In this document: piece after piece, positions 57,358 to 64,000 of the stretch | How positions within the stretch are numbered: position 1 is the first letter of the stretch | Layout: each line of letters starts with the position of its first letter | Notes under the pieces: generated by a model | Told to the model about the DNA's origin: nothing | The model's input: the letters and a program-made list of their open reading frames with translations, nothing else | The model's database searches: none | Origin: Candidatus Latescibacterota bacterium | GTDB taxonomy: Bacteria; Latescibacterota; UBA2968; UBA8231 | Direction: 5' to 3' | Length of the DNA stretch: 64,000 nt | Assembly (NCBI GenBank): GCA_965217585.1 | Contig: OZ244561.1 | Coordinates: 1,696,001 to 1,760,000 of the forward strand | Made by a program: the position numbers and the translations under genes

Positions 57358-59325
57358 ATGAGCGTCGGCGGCGTTGACCCGTCGATTCTTCGAGAGCTGT
57401 CCGGCGTCTACAAGCCGTTCATCAAAGCATTCAAAGAACTCGTCAGCAACGCGTACGACGCCGACGCGGCCGATGTTTCAATCGAGTTTGCGGACGACTT
57501 CACGTCTGCGACCATTGCGGATGACGGCAACGGGATGAGTCCGTTTGAGTTTCGATCCGACTTCACGCGGATCGGTGGCAGTAGCCGCAAATGGTCAAAG
57601 GGAAGGACGCCGAAGAAAAAGCGAAGCCGCATTGGGAACAAGGGCATAGGCTTCCTTGCACTTGCTCGCTACTGCGATCGGATGGTCGTTACTTCGAGCA
57701 GTCCTCGTCAGTTCAAACAAACACATTCGGTCGAAAAGACGTCACCTTACATCGACATAGTCAGCGTTCTCGGAGTACCAATTGACCCGCAGTTACTCAA
57801 TAAAGTGTGCAAGTTCGAGGTAACGCGGTCTGGAAAACGGTCGAAGGTTGCTGCTACCAACTACGAGTTGAACGCGAATACTGGTCGCCTTGCCTTCAAG
57901 AAGGACTTTGGTCCGGTCGACATTGCAATTACGATCGACTGCAACAGGTTGGGTTTCCAAGCGACTCTGGACTTTGATCGCTTGCTCAAGCTTGCGGATT
58001 CTGCCGACCTCGAAAAGCTGTCCGATTTCACGTTGATCGAAGTCCGCGAGCTGCCACGGGAGTCAAAGGACGGGACAAAGGTCGCGATCGAAGGATTGAA
58101 GTCGTTTGTCAAACGCGAACTCAGAGCAGATCGCCGGAAGGGCTTCGTTCGAAATGTTGCGAGTCGCAGCGGGTTTGAACAGGTCGCGTGGCACTTGTCT
58201 CGTTGCACGCCAATCGACTACGCGACGGCACCAGATCAAGCTGAACATCTTGAAGCCCTCTTGGAGGATGCGTCGCCACCGACACTGGATAAACTGACTC
58301 TTCGACACAACAAAACGGAGAGCGCGTTGACTCGTCCTCTCTATCCGTTCGAGCCGGACGCAGCGACGCTGCACAAAGATATGATCACGGAGGTGGACAT
58401 CAACGAGGGTGGTCTTGTCGCAAAGGGGTTTCTTCTCGGCTACGAAAGCGTCGTGTTCCCAGCCGAGTATCGAGGCGTTTCGATACGCGTCCGCGGTGTC
58501 GCCATCGGCGATCCGACGTTTCTCGGTGCAGAATTCCTCCTAACGGGAGCACATAAGGCCGCATTGAGCCAGATCACTGGCGAGATAAATGTGCTGAGCG
58601 GCTTGGACGCGGTGGATGCACTCAATCCAGGTCGCGAGGATTTCTACGAAGAGAGTGGTGATTTTCTCACCCTGCGTCGGTATTTCCGTGGCGACGGTGA
58701 AAAGGTTGGCGGCTATCTCGGCAGGACGATCGACGCCGTCTTGAAACGAAGCCAAGCGAGGTCGTCACTCAACAGCACCTTGAGTCGTGCGGCGTGCATC
58801 CGGCGTGCGATGGACGATGTGTCGGCGGGGATAACACACCTGATGACCGACGGAGGAAAAGAAGCGAGAGCGATACGTGAGATGCTCAAGTCGAACAAAT
58901 CGCACTCGAACGGGTTGGTATCCGCGAAGCCGGCAGGATTTGACATTCCCAACAAAGTGGCCGGAATGGCGGTCAATCAGGCGAAACGCCAGTCGGAAGC
59001 AGCAGCAATAGACTATGAGAAAGCACAGGTGACAATCGACGTATCTCGCCCTGAATGGGATAACGGACTCGTGTTGTTCAAACGGCGGTTCGACGTCATC
59101 CACAAGAAGGGCACGGCGAGTCAACCGATTGCTGAAATCGACTTCAAGGAGGACCGAATTCTCGTCAATTGGGGCCACGCTGCAAAGTCGCAGATGGACG
59201 AGCGGGGATTCCTGCGGACTGCCCTAGCATGGGTACTGGCACGAACAGCAGCCGATGGCGACGCCGATCAGATGATGGAAATGGCCATAACGTTGTTGTC
59301 TTTCACTACGCAGCCCAATGACTAA
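57358..59325 (+). CDS. GHKL (MORC/MutL/Hsp90-like) ATPase
   Basis: KELVSNAYDA (N box), DDGNGM (G1), GNKGIG (G2), GTKV (G3) and S5-like GVSIRVRGVAIG/ITGEI. Start is 57358 or 57334. Confidence 0.88.
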   Translation: MSVGGVDPSILRELSGVYKPFIKAFKELVSNAYDADAADVSIEFADDFTSATIADDGNGMSPFEFRSDFTRIGGSSRKWSKGRTPKKKRSRIGNKGIGFLALARYCDRMVVTSSSPRQFKQTHSVEKTSPYIDIVSVLGVPIDPQLLNKVCKFEVTRSGKRSKVAATNYELNANTGRLAFKKDFGPVDIAITIDCNRLGFQATLDFDRLLKLADSADLEKLSDFTLIEVRELPRESKDGTKVAIEGLKSFVKRELRADRRKGFVRNVASRSGFEQVAWHLSRCTPIDYATAPDQAEHLEALLEDASPPTLDKLTLRHNKTESALTRPLYPFEPDAATLHKDMITEVDINEGGLVAKGFLLGYESVVFPAEYRGVSIRVRGVAIGDPTFLGAEFLLTGAHKAALSQITGEINVLSGLDAVDALNPGREDFYEESGDFLTLRRYFRGDGEKVGGYLGRTIDAVLKRSQARSSLNSTLSRAACIRRAMDDVSAGITHLMTDGGKEARAIREMLKSNKSHSNGLVSAKPAGFDIPNKVAGMAVNQAKRQSEAAAIDYEKAQVTIDVSRPEWDNGLVLFKRRFDVIHKKGTASQPIAEIDFKEDRILVNWGHAAKSQMDERGFLRTALAWVLARTAADGDADQMMEMAITLLSFTTQPND

Positions 59326-60673
59326 GTCTGTCACAGGACAAACACTGCTGAAGCAGGTGCAAAAGGGTGACCGGATACTGCTGGTAAACCCACCAGTGTT
59401 CGAGACACGCTATAGCTGGCTGCGGTGGAATCAACCACTGGATCTACTCAGGGCCGGGGCGTACCTCAAGAGCAGCAAGAAGTGCAGCGTTGAGCTGTTT
59501 GACTTCATGCTACCCAACGACAAAGGCCGCGTTCAAAAGAAAGGGTTGATTGGGCGAGAGCGATACAAAGAAGTTGGTGACGGAGACTTCGCCTACACAT
59601 ATCCGATGTGGAGATTCGGAAAACCATTCGACGCACTCAATGACTGGCTGGTCGAGCGACGTGCCGGCAACAAGCGAGGCGAGCCAACTCAAGTATGGAT
59701 CACTTCGCTGTGCAGCTATTGGTACGCCAGCATTCACCAATTATGCACGAAGCTACGCCTTTGGTTGCCAGACGCGACACTGGCGGTGCTGGGCAACTAC
59801 CCACGATTTATGCTGGACAACGCAGTGGACTTCTGCGATGCCGACCTGGTCGTCAGGACGCCGCTAAATCATGCCGACGAGGGATCATCACTGAAGCTCT
59901 ACGAAGCCGAGAGACCTCCATTCATTTCGGTCCCCCTCAATCCAGCTACAGCCATCCCTGCGATCGAGGAAGCGATCGAACTCGGAGTATTTCGTGTTGC
60001 CGTATTTGATGCCGAGGACGACATTTGCCGCGACAAGGGCAAGCCACTTCGGGAGATCGTCGAGAGCACGAAGAACCTCCATCAACACCTGAGATTTCAT
60101 GCGATATCGGGAGTGCATCCCGAACGGGTCACGCCAGACTTAGCGAAGATATTCGCGGAACGAACGTTCGCGGAGCTGTACTTTGAGCAGTCCAAGGAGG
60201 AATTGGAGTTAGATGAGGCCGCATACGAGCAGTGTCGGGCCTACCTGCTGGAAGCGGGGATTGATCTTTCTGATGGAAACAAAACCTGCGGATTCGTGTG
60301 GATTGGACGCCCGGACGAAACACTGGAAGGGATCGTCCGTCGTAGTTTCACCGTTCTCAGCACGTTTGGGAGTGTCATCCTCAAGCCGTACACGGCCGTG
60401 CCAGGAACAGAGCTATACGAACGGCACAAGGATTATCTGGACGATCTTCCGTACGCTGATCTGTCTCCACACAGATTTCCGTTCGCCGAGTACAACGGAA
60501 TCACCCGGAACGAGTACCATGACCTCTACAGAATGGCGGCGTTCCTCAACGAGAAAGTACGGAACCGGTCGTTCGACTTGTTGAACGGCAGTATGGGTGC
60601 CGAGTTGCTGCGAAACAGTTTACATCGCGAGGTTTGGAATCTTGAAGCGTCCCCCCTCAGCATTATTGATTAG
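59318..60673 (+). CDS. Degenerate B12-binding/radical-SAM paralogue lacking CxxxCxxC
   Basis: Collinear with the next gene (LLVNPP..W.QPL.LL, VWITS..SYW, YTAVPGTELY, LN.KVRN.SF.L), but no Cys triad. Confidence 0.7.
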   Translation: MTKSVTGQTLLKQVQKGDRILLVNPPVFETRYSWLRWNQPLDLLRAGAYLKSSKKCSVELFDFMLPNDKGRVQKKGLIGRERYKEVGDGDFAYTYPMWRFGKPFDALNDWLVERRAGNKRGEPTQVWITSLCSYWYASIHQLCTKLRLWLPDATLAVLGNYPRFMLDNAVDFCDADLVVRTPLNHADEGSSLKLYEAERPPFISVPLNPATAIPAIEEAIELGVFRVAVFDAEDDICRDKGKPLREIVESTKNLHQHLRFHAISGVHPERVTPDLAKIFAERTFAELYFEQSKEELELDEAAYEQCRAYLLEAGIDLSDGNKTCGFVWIGRPDETLEGIVRRSFTVLSTFGSVILKPYTAVPGTELYERHKDYLDDLPYADLSPHRFPFAEYNGITRNEYHDLYRMAAFLNEKVRNRSFDLLNGSMGAELLRNSLHREVWNLEASPLSIID

Positions 60674-62210
60674 TCCGCCTGTCTACGACGTACAGTATTG
60701 GGCGAACTGGAGCATGCCCTATGGCTTGTTGCGTGTCGCATCGTGGCTTCAGGGCAAGGGCTACATGCTGAAGCTGATCGACTGCATGGAGGCCAACAAG
60801 CGGCGAACCGTACCCAAGCAGATGCGGTGTGTACGAAAACTCGGCTCAGCGGACGAACCCTTCACGCCGGGCAAGTGGACGGACTACGAACCGCAGCCCG
60901 ACGAAAAGATCGAGTACGTGTTCGGCATGCCGCTAAAGGAACTGCGGAAACGGCTCGAAGCGATCAAGGTACGTGCAAGGTATGTGCGTGAATCGCTGTT
61001 CGACGAAGTAGCCTTTCCAGAGCCAGATGAAATCTGGATTTCGTCGATCATGACGTACTGGTGGGAAAGCACTCGCGACGTGATCGAAGTCTGTCGGCAA
61101 GTGTTTCCGAAGGCCGTGTTCCGTGTTGGTGGAATCTACCCGACGCTCATTCCCGAACACGCGATGCAGAACCTCGGGTTGAATGATCCACTGCACTTGA
61201 TGGGTCGCGAGTTGGATCCGCTTAATGCCAAGCAGAAGAAGCGTGACATCGTAGTGTCCGCGACGATCCCCGATGCGAATCCACTCCCACTTGCCATTGA
61301 GTTGTACGACAAGGACGGTGCAGGCGACGACGAAGATGGCGAAGAAGGCGAGAAATTGCCCGATTACCTCATCATGACGACGAGTCGTGGCTGTCCTTTC
61401 AAGTGTGCTTACTGTTCGGCCAACGTTTTGAACGAAGGCCGAAAGATCTGGGTTCGGGAATACGAGGTTGCGTACGATGAGATCAAGCGGCGGTTTGAGC
61501 AAGGAATTCGGGAATTCTGTTTCTATGAGGACAACCTGCTGCTCGGCAGAGATAATTTCAAGCAGCTTTGTCGACTGATTCGTGACGACCGCGATTTGAA
61601 AGGGATCGAGTTGCACGCACCAGAGGGCATTGAAGTCCGCCTGCTGCACGAAGACACCGTCCAACTGATGCGTGACGCTGGCTTCAAGAGGTTATACCTG
61701 CCGCTCGAAACCGTCAATGCGAACATGGCCAAATCGTGGCAACGGACGCACACAAACATGGACAAGTTCTTCTACGCGTTGAACAACGCGGAGAAGGCCG
61801 GCTTCAAGTTGCGTTGCCAAGACATCAACTGCTTCATTCTCTTCGGCCTGCCAGACGAAGACCTGCAAGCGGTGTACGACACAATCACATTTGCCTCAAG
61901 CCGAGTCGGCTCTGTGATTCCCATGCTGTTCACTCCAGTGCCAAGCACGCCATTGTTCGAGCAGTACCGACCGTACATCGAAGACAAAGGTTTCGATCTA
62001 CACCACTTGAATGGAAAGCTGCTTCCTTTCCTCGATTACAATCGCCACAAGTACAAGTCGCTATCAGTACACGACTACAACTCAATCGAAGGGTTGATGT
62101 GGAGACTCAATGCGAAAGTTCGCAACGCGAGTTTCAATCTCGGCGGCGAGGGTCGAGTAGCGAGGGCGTTCCGAGAAGTGTACAACGCGATGGAACCGAT
62201 GTCTGTCTGA
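60642..62210 (+). CDS. B12-binding-domain radical SAM enzyme
   Basis: PYGLL, GGIYPT, TSRGCPFKCAYC, FYEDN, LFGLP and PVPSTPL motifs. TTG start after GAGG. Confidence 0.9.
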   Translation: MKRPPSALLISPPVYDVQYWANWSMPYGLLRVASWLQGKGYMLKLIDCMEANKRRTVPKQMRCVRKLGSADEPFTPGKWTDYEPQPDEKIEYVFGMPLKELRKRLEAIKVRARYVRESLFDEVAFPEPDEIWISSIMTYWWESTRDVIEVCRQVFPKAVFRVGGIYPTLIPEHAMQNLGLNDPLHLMGRELDPLNAKQKKRDIVVSATIPDANPLPLAIELYDKDGAGDDEDGEEGEKLPDYLIMTTSRGCPFKCAYCSANVLNEGRKIWVREYEVAYDEIKRRFEQGIREFCFYEDNLLLGRDNFKQLCRLIRDDRDLKGIELHAPEGIEVRLLHEDTVQLMRDAGFKRLYLPLETVNANMAKSWQRTHTNMDKFFYALNNAEKAGFKLRCQDINCFILFGLPDEDLQAVYDTITFASSRVGSVIPMLFTPVPSTPLFEQYRPYIEDKGFDLHHLNGKLLPFLDYNRHKYKSLSVHDYNSIEGLMWRLNAKVRNASFNLGGEGRVARAFREVYNAMEPMSV

Positions 62211-62216
62211 TTTGCG

Positions 62217-63068
62217 TCAAGTTGGTCGTTCGACCTGCGGCGGATAGAGCTCGGTCCGCGGGATCATCCTGTCCATTCGACGCAGGGGATAGTTGATTAT
62301 CTCTGCGAGAGAATCTGCTTGCGTCAGATCGGGTAGAGCTCCCGGTTGCTTCACGAATTCGGCATAGAAGTGAACGAGATGGTGCTCTCCATCCGTGCCT
62401 GTTGTGGAACTACTATAAACTGTCGGTATTTCAAAGTGCACAGCGAAACCATATGACATGCCTACTTGCCAGCAGAGAAAAGGAAAGCACAGTTTGAGTC
62501 GCGTTGCCTGGTTTCGCTGGTGAGCTTCACAGCACTCCTCAATACCTTTCCAGCCGCGCAAAGCCTCCGGAACGTTGTCTATGAACTGGGAGTATTCCTT
62601 AGCACCCTTGTCGCGGACGTTAAACGTTGCGATCAAGATGAATGAGTCGCTTCGTTGCGATTGCTGGTGAATAAGGCTGCGAATTGCATCGACACATCGA
62701 GAGTTACCCTCTGCGGTTGGATACACGAATCCACCGTAGAAATCCAAATTGTAAAGGTCATAGACATCGTTCGTATTTACGAGGAACTCCAGAACATTGT
62801 CTTGAACGAAGTGTATGGGCAAATCGAGTGATCTACGATCCCATTCTATACGCATGTCCGACAGGACATCTTCCTCCATTTCCACCGCACACACAGACCG
62901 TAACTCGTCATGCCACGCCGAAATATCCAAAAACTCCACACTTGGCATGCCGCAGTATGTCAGGCCCAGTTGAATCTTGTGCAAGGATCGAAATGCCCTG
63001 ATACTCCGAGCGTCACGCCGACGTAGCTCACGCTTGGCTTGACTGTCTGGAAACCGATTGAATGGCAT
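62217..63068 (-). CDS. Hypothetical protein, SAM-methyltransferase-fold-like
   Basis: YCGMP, CAVE, DN and YDLYNLDFYG are spaced like Rossmann MTase motifs. Translationally coupled to the upstream gene (TAATG). Confidence 0.55.
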   Translation of the reverse strand: MPFNRFPDSQAKRELRRRDARSIRAFRSLHKIQLGLTYCGMPSVEFLDISAWHDELRSVCAVEMEEDVLSDMRIEWDRRSLDLPIHFVQDNVLEFLVNTNDVYDLYNLDFYGGFVYPTAEGNSRCVDAIRSLIHQQSQRSDSFILIATFNVRDKGAKEYSQFIDNVPEALRGWKGIEECCEAHQRNQATRLKLCFPFLCWQVGMSYGFAVHFEIPTVYSSSTTGTDGEHHLVHFYAEFVKQPGALPDLTQADSLAEIINYPLRRMDRMIPRTELYPPQVERPT

Positions 63069-64000
63069 TACTCTATCAATCCATGTTGGCGAAAGACCTG
63101 ATAGATCCCTTCGCAGATGTCTGTGATAGACTCGTCATCAGCCGGCAGCTTGTTTTCAACCACGTGGACGATGTCAGAAAGCAGTTCTTCAGCGTCGAAC
63201 TCGAGGTGTTCTTCATCACGACTCGGTTGTGCGTCATCGTCCACATCGCCTCCATCGTCATCCGGCTTATCTTCTTCAGTGGCTTCGACATCATCTTTAG
63301 TGTCCTCATCAACCTCGTCTTCAGCTTCCTGTTCCAGCAGCTCCGTGAGTGCGGTAATAAGTCGGTTTCGACGGTCTTTTAAATCCTGCGTTGCTAACAG
63401 TGTACGAAGACGACGCTTTACCTTCTCTTGCGGAGTCCTGCCCCGCGTCAACGTACGCTGTTGCTCAAGCTTCTCCAGTTGATCCGAAATCTTATCGGGA
63501 GTAATTTCATCTGGGGCGTCGACGATTTCTTGTGCGAAGTCTAGTTCCTTCTTCTTCGTATTGAACTGTGACAGTGCTCGGCTGTCCGCGATGCGGTCCT
63601 CATAGAAGCCACGAATCGCTTCGATAGCTCGGCGAGCCATTACATCAAGCTCAAGTGCTGTGCGAGGAGTATCTGGTACGATGGCAGGATTCGTGATGTG
63701 GACCGCACCTACGTGCCAGTGGAGATGTGTGCGGCTGGACAGCTTGAGCTTGTTTACAATCCCGAATGCCGACCCATCCTCATCGTCGTATATCCCAATC
63801 GGCCCAACTGCAAAGTTGCGAATGCGAAGGCGGAAACTGCGATATTGAAAGTCCCGGGGCGTAATCGATCGATGGTCAGAACAATACCAGCAGCGTGCAT
63901 ACTCCTCGCCATTTGCCGTGAGCGTCTTAAAGCAAGGTTTTTCGAGGTCTGCCGGAAACTGTTGGAAGACTTCCCCGCCTTCGACGAGGATCGGAAACTC
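63068..64000 (-). CDS. C-terminal part of a probable second GHKL-type ATPase (5' end outside window)
   Basis: The frame is open to the window edge. FRLRIRNFAVG...VGAVHI.NPAIVPDTPR resembles the S5 transducer domain, followed by a coiled coil and an acidic tail. Confidence 0.55.
   Translation of the reverse strand, partial: EFPILVEGGEVFQQFPADLEKPCFKTLTANGEEYARCWYCSDHRSITPRDFQYRSFRLRIRNFAVGPIGIYDDEDGSAFGIVNKLKLSSRTHLHWHVGAVHITNPAIVPDTPRTALELDVMARRAIEAIRGFYEDRIADSRALSQFNTKKKELDFAQEIVDAPDEITPDKISDQLEKLEQQRTLTRGRTPQEKVKRRLRTLLATQDLKDRRNRLITALTELLEQEAEDEVDEDTKDDVEATEEDKPDDDGGDVDDDAQPSRDEEHLEFDAEELLSDIVHVVENKLPADDESITDICEGIYQVFRQHGLIE

Overview
GC-rich bacterial chromosome segment. The FlgD/T9SS-like-tailed secreted proteins suggest Ca. 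Latescibacterota or a related lineage, but this is inference. The first 40 kb is mostly core genes: ftsK (partial), tsaD, moaE/moaD, hisG-hisD-hisB, rdgB, an ABC exporter pair and guaB. It also holds two large secreted repeat proteins, a 204-bp MITE and a phosphonate catabolism cluster (ADH, phnA, phnY, FAD oxidoreductase). Two selenoproteins missed or truncated by the ORF track (an Rdx/SelW-type protein and SelD) read through in-frame UGA. Three accessory elements follow. (i) A ~3.4-kb cassette of four nuclease/glycosylase-like genes lies between direct repeats of a K+ channel 3' end. (ii) A tnpB-only IS200/IS605 element inserted inside a host start codon and supplies a replacement start. (iii) At 57.3-64 kb is the best candidate for an undescribed system: GHKL/MORC ATPase + degenerate radical-SAM paralogue + B12-type radical SAM, converging on a methyltransferase-like gene and a second, truncated GHKL-like gene. 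All calls come from reading motifs by eye; no database searches were run.
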